Under the pieces are notes generated by a model. It saw only the letters and a list, made by a program, of their open reading frames with translations, had not been told where the DNA came from and searched no databases. Positions 40,728 to 49,696 of a DNA stretch of 64,000 nt are shown piece after piece (position 1 is the stretch's first letter; each line of letters begins with the position of its first letter). The translations under genes and the position numbers were made by a program. This DNA is from Candidatus Poribacteria bacterium (lineage in GTDB: Bacteria; Poribacteria; WGA-4E; WGA-3G): contig OZ251518.1 of NCBI GenBank assembly GCA_965242965.1, positions 3,328,001 to 3,392,000 of the forward strand, given 5' to 3'.

Positions 40728-42890
40728 ATGTTCATGCACAGAAACGCTGAACGAACACATCGCGAAATACGAAATATTGGGATTGCGGCGCATATCGATG
40801 CAGGTAAGACGACGACAACCGAACGGATTCTCTTCTATACCGGCAAAAAGCATAAAATCGGCGCGGTTGATGACGGCACCGCCGAAATGGATTGGATGGT
40901 GCAAGAACGCGAGCGCGGCGTGACAATCACCGCCGCCGCAACAACCTGCTTCTGGAAGGACTGCGCCATTCACCTCATTGATACACCCGGGCACGTCGAT
41001 TTTACGGTGGAGGTTGAACGTTCGCTGCGCGTGCTAGACGGTGCCATCGCGCTCTTCTGTGCTGTCGGCGGCGTGGAACCGCAGTCCGAGACAGTCTGGC
41101 ATCAGGCGGAACGCTACGGGGTACCGCGCATTGCCTTCGTCAATAAGATGGACAGAGTCGGCGCGAATTTTACGCGCACCATTGAGATGATGAAGGAACG
41201 CCTCGATGCAAATCCGCTGCCGCTTCAGCTGCCTATCGGTGAGGGCAACGAATTTACCGGTATCATTGAACTCCTCACACAGCGGGCACTTTATTGGAAC
41301 GCGTCAGATTTAGGGCAAACCTATCGTGAATCCGACATCCCCGCTGAATTTCATGCCGAAGTCAGTCTGGCAAGGGAAACCCTCTTTGAAACCGTCGCCG
41401 CTGAAGATGACGCGCTCCTCGAAAAATACTTAGCCGACGAAGAATTAACGCCTGCCGAATTGCTCCCTGTCATCCGCGAAGCGACGCTGAAGGGAACGTT
41501 AGTGCCGGTGCTGTGCGGCAGCTCTTTGAAGAACATCGGCGTTCAACCCTTGCTGGATGCAGTCGTCAATTTTCTGCCATCGCCTGTCGACGTGCCTCCC
41601 ATTCAAGGGATAATACCTGATAACCTATCGAAAAAAAATAGTCCACAAAACGTAGGCATCAACAACGTCAATGACAGTCCCGATAAGCCAACCTTCACCT
41701 CACCGGAGATGCACGCCGAACGCATTGCGAACGACGAAGAACCTTTTTCGGCACTCGCCTTTAAAGTCGCCAGTCATCCCACCGTCGATAAATTGGTATA
41801 TTGCCGCGTCTATTCCGGCACGCTCAAACGCGGCGATGTCGTCTTGAACGTCGGCACCGGAAAACGGGAACGGGTGAATCGCATTCTTCAGATGCACGCG
41901 AATAAAGAGGCGGTATGCGATGCCGCCTATGCCGGTGACATCGTCGCCCTGGTCGGACTGAAACAGACAAAAACGGGGGATACGTTGACGGCACCGGGGC
42001 ATCCTATCTTGCTCGCGCCCATCGATTTTCCACCCCCTGTCATCTCCATTGCGATTGAACCGGAACGCGCTAGCGATACAGACGCGTTGGAGGCAACTCT
42101 CCAAAAATTGATGGACGAAGATCCGACGTTTACCGTCAGTATGGATAAGGAAACAGGACAGCGCATCATTTCAGGGATGGGAGAACTCCACTTAGAGGTG
42201 CTTACAGATAGAATGATTCGCGAATTTGGCGTGAACGCACGGGTGAGCAAGTTGCAAGTGGCGTATCGTGAAACCATCGGCACTTCGGCGGCGGCGCGCG
42301 GCACACATATCCATAAGACAGACGAGGAGGGCATCTATGGCGATGTCACCCTCACCGTTGAACCACTCGCTCGCGGCGAAGGATTTCAGTTTGCGGATAG
42401 CACCGACGAAACACAGATTCCGCGTCCCTACATTCCATCTATCCAGAACGCGCTGCATCGCGCGCTGGGGACAGGCGCGCTCATCGGTGCCCCGTTGCAG
42501 GATGTCAAGGTGACGCTCACCGGCGGTTCCACGCACCCGACAGATGCATCGGAGACAGGGTATGGAGCCGCCGCTGTCCTCGCCTTTGAAAACGCGGTGA
42601 GAAAGGCGGAACCGCTGCTCCTTGAACCGATGATGCAGATACACGTCACCGTGCCGGATGAGCACGTTGGAAAGGTTATCGGCGATTTGAATGCGCGCCG
42701 CGCGCAAATTCATGAAAGCGGCAGCCCGCGCGAGCATATCTCCTCTATCAACGCGCTCATTCCGTTGGCAGAAACGTTCCAGTATACAACGTCGCTGCGT
42801 TCAATGACGCAGGGCCGCGGCACGTTTACGTTGGAGTTCTCGCATTACGATGTCGTGCCAAAATCTTTGATGCCGGGGCATCGCGTTTAA
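40728..42890 (+). CDS. fusA: Elongation factor G (divergent, orphan paralog)
   Basis: [46 protein letters not shown]. Confidence 0.92.
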   Translation: MFMHRNAERTHREIRNIGIAAHIDAGKTTTTERILFYTGKKHKIGAVDDGTAEMDWMVQERERGVTITAAATTCFWKDCAIHLIDTPGHVDFTVEVERSLRVLDGAIALFCAVGGVEPQSETVWHQAERYGVPRIAFVNKMDRVGANFTRTIEMMKERLDANPLPLQLPIGEGNEFTGIIELLTQRALYWNASDLGQTYRESDIPAEFHAEVSLARETLFETVAAEDDALLEKYLADEELTPAELLPVIREATLKGTLVPVLCGSSLKNIGVQPLLDAVVNFLPSPVDVPPIQGIIPDNLSKKNSPQNVGINNVNDSPDKPTFTSPEMHAERIANDEEPFSALAFKVASHPTVDKLVYCRVYSGTLKRGDVVLNVGTGKRERVNRILQMHANKEAVCDAAYAGDIVALVGLKQTKTGDTLTAPGHPILLAPIDFPPPVISIAIEPERASDTDALEATLQKLMDEDPTFTVSMDKETGQRIISGMGELHLEVLTDRMIREFGVNARVSKLQVAYRETIGTSAAARGTHIHKTDEEGIYGDVTLTVEPLARGEGFQFADSTDETQIPRPYIPSIQNALHRALGTGALIGAPLQDVKVTLTGGSTHPTDASETGYGAAAVLAFENAVRKAEPLLLEPMMQIHVTVPDEHVGKVIGDLNARRAQIHESGSPREHISSINALIPLAETFQYTTSLRSMTQGRGTFTLEFSHYDVVPKSLMPGHRV

Positions 42891-44032
42891 TGCCCATATT
42901 TCTCCATCACTTGTTGCAACCGGGCTAACGGTATCGCGAATATCGTATTGCCGTTGCGGCCGACGGTTGTCGTCGCCATCGTCATGGCATTGACGACAGC
43001 CTCCTCTGTCGCTTCCATGGTTGCTTCAAAAATCGGACTGAGCCGCCAATTCTCCACCATACGCATCTGAAACGTGCCATCTTCCGTGTCATCAGGAATC
43101 ACATTTGCCGTGGAAAAGGCGATGACAAACTCGCCGCTGCCATCCGTGCTCGGCGTGCCAGTGCGTGCAAGTCCATGCGTGGCGCGCAACGCCACCTGCT
43201 TCAACTGGCGATGCGTCAAGGGCGCGTCTGTCGCGATGACGATGATGAACGAGCCATCTCTGCCGCGCTTCGCGCGAAAATCGGTGATTTCTTGTCCCAC
43301 TGGGACACCGTTAATCCGAAGTTGGTGCCGTCGTCCACCGTTAGCATTGACAAGCACACCGACTGTCCAACCGCCGCGTTCAGCAGGTAGGACCCGCGAG
43401 GCAGTCCCAATCCCGGCTTTGAAGCCGTAGCACCGCATCCCCGTGCCAGCCCCGACACATCCCTCAGCAACCGGTCCGACGGTAGCCGTTTCTATCGCTT
43501 GGATTGCGTGCATCGCCGTTACATGGAGTCCATCAATGTCGTTCAAACCGCCATCGTAACACTCGGCGACGATTGGCAGGACGATGTTGTTATCAGGATA
43601 CCGCTTCACGATATACCGGACAACCCCATCGTGGACAGGGCCGACGCTCAACGTATTCGTCAACAAAATAGGCGATTCAATCCAACCGGCTTGGTTTATC
43701 CGCGCGATGCCGGTTGCCTCACCGTTGCCGTGGATGACGTGCGCCGCACCAAACAGCTTCGCCTCCCAAATATCCTCGCGCGGCACGATAGCGGTGACAC
43801 CGGTGCGGATGGATTCGCCTTCATTTAGGGTGACGTGTCCTACCTTCACGCCCGGCACATCGGTGATAGCGTTGTGTTCTCCCGGCGGCAAGTGTCCTAT
43901 CTGAATGCCAAGTTCGCGGGCGCGGGCGCGAGGCATCTCTGTGTCTTGAGAGACGACAGGAGAAGGCGCGAATAAGAGTGCGAAAACGAGGGATAGCGCG
44001 AAAATGAAAAAGTTGCGGTGTGGCGTGTTCAT
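42887..44032 (-). CDS. Exported P1/S58 family peptidase (DmpA-like aminopeptidase)
   Basis: [40 protein letters not shown]; signal peptide. Confidence 0.9.
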   Translation of the reverse strand: MNTPHRNFFIFALSLVFALLFAPSPVVSQDTEMPRARARELGIQIGHLPPGEHNAITDVPGVKVGHVTLNEGESIRTGVTAIVPREDIWEAKLFGAAHVIHGNGEATGIARINQAGWIESPILLTNTLSVGPVHDGVVRYIVKRYPDNNIVLPIVAECYDGGLNDIDGLHVTAMHAIQAIETATVGPVAEGCVGAGTGMRCYGFKAGIGTASRVLPAERGGWTVGVLVNANGGRRHQLRINGVPVGQEITDFRAKRGRDGSFIIVIATDAPLTHRQLKQVALRATHGLARTGTPSTDGSGEFVIAFSTANVIPDDTEDGTFQMRMVENWRLSPIFEATMEATEEAVVNAMTMATTTVGRNGNTIFAIPLARLQQVMEKYGH

Positions 44033-44048
44033 ATAATACCTTTTAACT

Positions 44049-44210
44049 GAGGGTGTTTTATATCTCGATGGCTTCCCGGTAGGAGGGACATCCTTGTCCC
44101 GATACGGTGGGGCATCGAGACCGGGAGGTCTCTCCTACCGACACCTCCCTTTTTTGACCCTATCGCGGGGGCCTGTCACCGCGACGTTGAGCGATTTATG
44201 AAACACCCTC
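44049..44210. mobile_element. TIR/REP MITE-like element (162 bp)
   Basis: Both TIRs; 8-bp TSD TTTTAACT/TTTTAGCT. Confidence 0.85.
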
Positions 44211-44735
44211 TTTTAGCTGCTCCCGATAAATGGCACGGATGTGATTAAAGAGCTCAATATAGGTTTGCGAGCGGTAATCCGGATATGTCCACTCCCACGG
44301 TTGGAACGTTTTTCGATAGAAACGGAGTGTAATTTCGGCATAGATACCCTCGCCGAGATAAATGCGGTGCGCGTGGTCCTTCGTAGAAGCGAGGACGAGT
44401 TTCGCCGCGTCAACATACCCGGCATCCAAATTGATGCGCCGAGGATGTGTCTCCGCGCGCGCAAACGTCTCTTCAACTTCGTTCGTGAACACCTTCATCG
44501 CCGCCAAAGCCCCGGCATCCATCAGCCGCTCAAAACTGATGAACTGCCGTTGCAGGTTCGGCCCCATCTCTGCTGTGTAGTAGGTAGTGCTGGTGAAGGG
44601 CAACAGCGCGCTCTGCCAGTCAATCGGCCCGAGGCGGCACGTTAACGTCTGATAGACAGACGACAGCAGCGGCGGCGATGCTGTCAGCACACCGATAATA
44701 GGTTTGACAGGGAGTGGTTCCCGAATGGTGCCCAT
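44196..44735 (-). CDS. DUF4416 family protein
   Basis: YYTAEMG, RRINLDAGY, LASTKDHAHRIYLGEGIYAE, WTYPDY. Confidence 0.85.
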   Translation of the reverse strand: MGTIREPLPVKPIIGVLTASPPLLSSVYQTLTCRLGPIDWQSALLPFTSTTYYTAEMGPNLQRQFISFERLMDAGALAAMKVFTNEVEETFARAETHPRRINLDAGYVDAAKLVLASTKDHAHRIYLGEGIYAEITLRFYRKTFQPWEWTYPDYRSQTYIELFNHIRAIYREQLKEGVS

Positions 44736-44872
44736 TTCTGTCTCCTCCGCGATAATTTGCACCGAATTGCTGTTAATGATACCATTTTTTTCGTTAAAAA
44801 TCAAAATTTTTCTATTTTTAAGCGAATTTTGTAAAAAAATCTGCAAAAAAGGCGTTTTTTTGCAGATTTAAT

Positions 44873-44901
44873 TTGACTTTTTATCTTTTTTAAGGTATAA
44901 T
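44873..44901 (+). promoter_or_regulatory. Dedicated rpoBC promoter
   Basis: TTGACT-17-TATAAT. Confidence 0.75.
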
Positions 44902-45072
44902 TTTACGTTATGCGATGCTTGCATAAAATTGAGACTGAACCCGGCAAGTTTTTTGTCGTAGAAATTGTTGTTTGTTTTCGGCCCGTTTAGAAACACACTA
45001 AAAATCACTACGCCTCCTTTTCTGGCAGGTGTCTGTGCCCGCCTTCGCGCACCGGACAGGAGAAGAATCTAC

Positions 45073-48000
45073 GTGAAAACACGCAAAACTTTCGCCAAAA
45101 CAGACGTTCGCACCCCTTTACCGAATTTGATTGAGACGCAGCAGCGTGCCTACGATGCCTTTTTGCAGCGTGAGACGTTCCCGCGCCAAGACAGCGGCCT
45201 GGAGGCAGTCTTCCGAGAAGTCTTTCCTATCACTGACTTCAACGAAGTCTCGCGCCTCGAATTCGTCCACTACCAGCTTGGCGAACCGAAATGGACGCTT
45301 GACGAATGCCTCGCCCGCGGTGTCACTTACCAGGTATCCCTCACCGCGCGTCTCCGCCTCGTCGTTTGTGAGAAAAACGCGGCGGACGAAGAACCGCACG
45401 TCGTCGATATCCGCGAGTCCGATGTCTTTCTCGGCGAAGTCCCGCTGATGACAGAAAACGCCAGCTTCATCATCAACGGCAGCGAACGCGTCATCGTGAA
45501 CCAGCTGCACCGCTCACCCGGTGTCATCTTCCTTGAGAAGAAACTTCCGAGCGGACACCGCTCACCCACGGCGCAAATCATCCCTTACCGCGGGGCATGG
45601 ATAGAATTTGAATCGGACTCTAAAGATACGCTTTACGTCCGGTTAAACAAACGTCGAAAGATACCTGCCACCGTCTTCATCCGCGCACTCGGATGGCAGA
45701 CGGATGCAGACATATTGAAACTGTTCGCTGAACCGACGCGCATGATGCTCTCGGGGTGGCGCGTCACAAAAGTGATACTCCCCGAATGCCCACGCCAAAT
45801 CGGTGAACTTTTAACCGCGAAGGAACATCGAGAGTTGGATGACGACTACCCGGGCATGGAAGCTGAAAAACTCTACGAAGTCGTCTCCGTTCCTGACGAT
45901 GCCGAATGCCCTGTTGCTGTCGGCCAGAGGCTCACGGAAACTGAATGGAAGTCCCGCAAAACGCGAAAAGACATCACCTTTGAACGCGTCTGGCGTATCA
46001 CCAAGCATTACCGGCACGACATCCCTTACGCCATCGGCGACATCGTTTCCGATGCAGATTATCGGAAGGCACGGAAGGATTACCCCGGTATTGAGGTAGA
46101 ACCGCACTATCGCGTCACGGCTGTCACAGACAAAGGGTGCCCGCTGGAAGAAGGACAGATGCTGACACTCAGGCAGCGCGCCAGCGAACGTCGGAAGTGG
46201 AAAGGGTTCACCACCGAACGACTCCTACGCATCACGAATATTCTCAATACCGGATGCCCCTTGAATGTCGGCCAGCACCTCTCGTCTACTGAATACACCG
46301 AAATGCTCGGCAGGTATTCTGACGCTTTCAAGGCAGTCGAGATTGAACCGACAGACATCAACGAAACCATTGGTAGTGTCTGCGCTGAACCTATCGCCGA
46401 CCCGAGGACTGACGAACAGTTGGTGACAGCGAATACGCTCCTCACCGAAGCAGAAGTCACACGGCTGCGGGATGCCGGCGTGGAGACGCTCACGGTGTTG
46501 ACACCCGAATCCGCCAAAGCTCTCCGCTTTTTACGGAATACCCTCGAACGCGACAAAGAGGCGGACTACGAGGAGGACATCCGTGCTCGCGGACGGCAGA
46601 GCGAAACGCCAATTCAGGATGTCGCCCTGCTCAAAATCCACTCTGTCCTCAGACCGGGGGAACCTGCTAGTATTGAGGCAGCGCGCCGGCAACTTGAATG
46701 GCACTTCTTCGACGCACCCCGTTATGACTTGGGGACTGTTGGACGCTACAAAGTGAACCAAAAACTGGGACACCTCTCCATATACGGTGAACAGCCCGAT
46801 GAGAAACAGCGCACGTTGCGTCCAGAGGACATCGCGGCGACACTCCGGCATCTGATTGATGTCCAAAATGATCCTGCGTTAACAGACGACTTGGATCATC
46901 TCAGTAATCGTCGTGTGCGCGGCATCGGCGAATTATTGGAGAACCAGTTCCGCATCGGCTTATTCCAGATGCGGCGTGCCACGCGTGAACGCATCTCCTC
47001 CGCCGATATGAGCAACTGTATGCCGCCAATGCTGATTAATCCGAAGCCGCTCATGGTATCGCTGCGCGAGTTCTTCGGTTCAAACCAACTCTCGCAGTTT
47101 ATGCAGCAGGTAAACCCGCTGGACGAATTGACGCACAAGCGGCGCATTTCCGCCATCGGCCCCGGTGGTTTATCGCGCGATAGAGCCACCGCTGCCGTTC
47201 GCGATGTGCATCACACGCACTACGGACGTGTCTGTCCGTTGGAAACACCTGAAGGCCCCTCTATCGGCCTCCTCGTCTCACTTGCGTGTTATGCGCGTAT
47301 CAATCCTTACGGTTTCATTGAGACACCGTACCGCAGAGTGGTGCCCGGCAAGTCTATGGTTGAAACGCAAATTGAATACCTCACCGCCGATAAGGAAGAC
47401 AGAGCCCACATCGCCGCCAAAACCATCCCTCGCGAGATGACACCGGGCGCGAAGCTGGACACGGGTATCCAGCTGCCTGTCCGAAAAGGCGAAGAGGTGC
47501 TGTCCTTGCCCCTGTCCGAGGTAGACTACGTCGGCATCTCGCCATCGCAGATTGTCGGCGTATCCGCGGCTCTCGTGCCCTTTTTAGAGCATGAAGACGC
47601 GAACCGCGCGCTCATGGGCGCGAACCACCAGCGACAAGCCGTGCCGCTTATCACGCCGGAAGCACCGCTCGTCGGCACCGGCATGGAGGCACGCGTCGCA
47701 CAGGACTCAGGGGCATTGTGCATCGCGAAGCGGAGCGGCACCGTCGAAAGCGTCTCCGCCGAAGATATCATCATCCATACCGATGAAACACTTCACGCAG
47801 ATGTCAGTGAACAACACAAGAGTGAGATGGGGTACGACCGGTACGAACTCCACACCTTCAAACGGAGCAACAACGGCACGTGCATCCATCAGCGGCCCAT
47901 CGTCTCTGTCGGCGATAAAGTGGCAGCCGGTGATGTCGTCGCCGATGGGACTTCTACCGATGAAGGCGAACTCGCACTCGGCAGGAACGTTCTCTGCGCC

Positions 48001-49599
48001 TATATGCCGTGGGGCGGACACAACTATGAGGACTCTATCCTCATCAGCGACAGGCTCGTCCAAGATGCCACCTTCAGCTCGATTCATATTGAGGAATTTG
48101 AGGTAGAGGCGCGGGAAACGAAAATGGGACCGGAGGAAATTACGCGCGATATTCCGGATGTTGGTCAACAGCGACTCGCGCAACTCGACGAAGAAGGAAT
48201 CATCCGCGTCGGAAGCCTTGTCAGCGCAGGGAGCATCCTCGTCGGCAAAATTTCACCCAAAGGCGAGAGTGAATACGGACCGGAGGAGAAACTCCTGCAC
48301 ACTATCTTCGGTGAAAAGGTGCGCGAAGTCCGAGACGCATCCGCCTATGTCAAACCGGGCATTGAAGGTGTCGTGATTGATGTCAAAGTCTTCTCACGAA
48401 AACAAGAACCAAGCCGACACTCGCTGCAAAGCTTCGCTGACGCAGACCAGCTCCGTTACGATGCTAAGAAGAAGGAGATAGAGGAGAAGTTCCACGAACA
48501 TCTCCAGGCTATCCGCCGCCGCCGAGACGAAGAAATTCGGAACGCTCTCATCGACTGCGAATTGGCACAGCCGATTTTTAGAGGGGCCACCCCTGAAGCA
48601 ACCGTCGGGCGCGCAGACGAGTTGGACGAGATCGGGGCAGTCCTGGCAGAGAGCGGCGACACCGTGACACACGAACTCCTGCACACACCCGGCGTTGCGC
48701 TCAACGAGATTTACGTCGTTGAATCAAACGTCATGGCATACATCCAGCGCGTTCAAGAAATCGCCGATGAGCGCATCGCCGCCTATACCGAAGAAAAATC
48801 AAGTTCGCTCGAACGGATGGAACTCGGTGACGAACTGAAACCCGGCGTGCTTAAACTGGTGAAAGTCTTTGTCGCAACGACGCGCCATATCTCCATCGGC
48901 GATAAGATGGCGGGCCGCTATGGCAACAAAGGCGTGGTAGCAGAGATTCTGCCCAAAGAGGATATGCCGTATCTCCCCGATGGAACGCCTGTGGACATCG
49001 TGCTGAACCCCCTCGGCGTGCCATCCCGCATGAACGTCGGGCAAATTCTTGAGATTCACCTCGGCTGGGCGTGCCATGCATTGGGCATCCATGTTGAGTC
49101 GCCTGTCTTTGATGGCGCGACAGAGGACGAAATCTTCGAGATGCTCGCCAAGACAGATTTGCCGGAACGCAGCAAGGAGACAGGAAAAAGCATCCTTTAC
49201 GATGGCAGAACCGGGGAAGCGTTCGGACAGGAAGTCACCGTGGGCCATGTCTACTTCCTCAAACTGAACCATCTCGTCGCCGACAAAATGCACGCCCGTT
49301 CTACCGGCCCCTACTCGCTTGTGACGCAGCAGCCGTTGGGCGGCAAGGCGCAACACGGCGGACAGCGGCTCGGCGAGATGGAGGTGTGGGCATTAGAGGC
49401 ATACGGTGCCGCGCACACCTTACAAGAGATGCTCACGCTCAAATCCGATGATTTCATGGGCAGAGCCAAAATTTATGAGTCGGTAGTGAAGGGGCTCAAC
49501 CCCGAATCCCCCGGCACACCCGAGTCTTTCAACGTTCTCGTGCGCGAACTGCAGGGCCTCGGGCTCAGCGTTTCCCTGAATCCGCCTGAAGAAGAATAG
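45073..49599 (+). CDS. rpoB: RNA polymerase beta subunit (~1508 aa) with repeat insertion
   Basis: FIINGSERV, DDLDHLSNRRVR, THKRR, ETPEG, GDKMAGR, HARSTGPY, GQRLGEME; GTG start after AGGAG. Confidence 0.97.
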   Translation: MKTRKTFAKTDVRTPLPNLIETQQRAYDAFLQRETFPRQDSGLEAVFREVFPITDFNEVSRLEFVHYQLGEPKWTLDECLARGVTYQVSLTARLRLVVCEKNAADEEPHVVDIRESDVFLGEVPLMTENASFIINGSERVIVNQLHRSPGVIFLEKKLPSGHRSPTAQIIPYRGAWIEFESDSKDTLYVRLNKRRKIPATVFIRALGWQTDADILKLFAEPTRMMLSGWRVTKVILPECPRQIGELLTAKEHRELDDDYPGMEAEKLYEVVSVPDDAECPVAVGQRLTETEWKSRKTRKDITFERVWRITKHYRHDIPYAIGDIVSDADYRKARKDYPGIEVEPHYRVTAVTDKGCPLEEGQMLTLRQRASERRKWKGFTTERLLRITNILNTGCPLNVGQHLSSTEYTEMLGRYSDAFKAVEIEPTDINETIGSVCAEPIADPRTDEQLVTANTLLTEAEVTRLRDAGVETLTVLTPESAKALRFLRNTLERDKEADYEEDIRARGRQSETPIQDVALLKIHSVLRPGEPASIEAARRQLEWHFFDAPRYDLGTVGRYKVNQKLGHLSIYGEQPDEKQRTLRPEDIAATLRHLIDVQNDPALTDDLDHLSNRRVRGIGELLENQFRIGLFQMRRATRERISSADMSNCMPPMLINPKPLMVSLREFFGSNQLSQFMQQVNPLDELTHKRRISAIGPGGLSRDRATAAVRDVHHTHYGRVCPLETPEGPSIGLLVSLACYARINPYGFIETPYRRVVPGKSMVETQIEYLTADKEDRAHIAAKTIPREMTPGAKLDTGIQLPVRKGEEVLSLPLSEVDYVGISPSQIVGVSAALVPFLEHEDANRALMGANHQRQAVPLITPEAPLVGTGMEARVAQDSGALCIAKRSGTVESVSAEDIIIHTDETLHADVSEQHKSEMGYDRYELHTFKRSNNGTCIHQRPIVSVGDKVAAGDVVADGTSTDEGELALGRNVLCAYMPWGGHNYEDSILISDRLVQDATFSSIHIEEFEVEARETKMGPEEITRDIPDVGQQRLAQLDEEGIIRVGSLVSAGSILVGKISPKGESEYGPEEKLLHTIFGEKVREVRDASAYVKPGIEGVVIDVKVFSRKQEPSRHSLQSFADADQLRYDAKKKEIEEKFHEHLQAIRRRRDEEIRNALIDCELAQPIFRGATPEATVGRADELDEIGAVLAESGDTVTHELLHTPGVALNEIYVVESNVMAYIQRVQEIADERIAAYTEEKSSSLERMELGDELKPGVLKLVKVFVATTRHISIGDKMAGRYGNKGVVAEILPKEDMPYLPDGTPVDIVLNPLGVPSRMNVGQILEIHLGWACHALGIHVESPVFDGATEDEIFEMLAKTDLPERSKETGKSILYDGRTGEAFGQEVTVGHVYFLKLNHLVADKMHARSTGPYSLVTQQPLGGKAQHGGQRLGEMEVWALEAYGAAHTLQEMLTLKSDDFMGRAKIYESVVKGLNPESPGTPESFNVLVRELQGLGLSVSLNPPEEE

Positions 49600-49696
49600 C
49601 ATCCTTAGCCACGGCACATAGGGTGAGGGCGAGGGCCTGTCCCTCGCCGTGCCGCGGGTTAAGCACACATCCGAATCCATAGGAGAAAAATCCACA

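Noticed and set aside
44965-45072. Extended N-termini in the ORF track (rpoB, rpoC, hslV, phyH, MTase 1, degP, purA)
   Set aside because: Downstream starts have clear Shine-Dalgarno sites; the extensions run through promoters or REPs.
48390-48830. Second insertion in RpoB
   Set aside because: Looks like the well-known beta-i9 coiled-coil insertion; it does not contain the new repeat.
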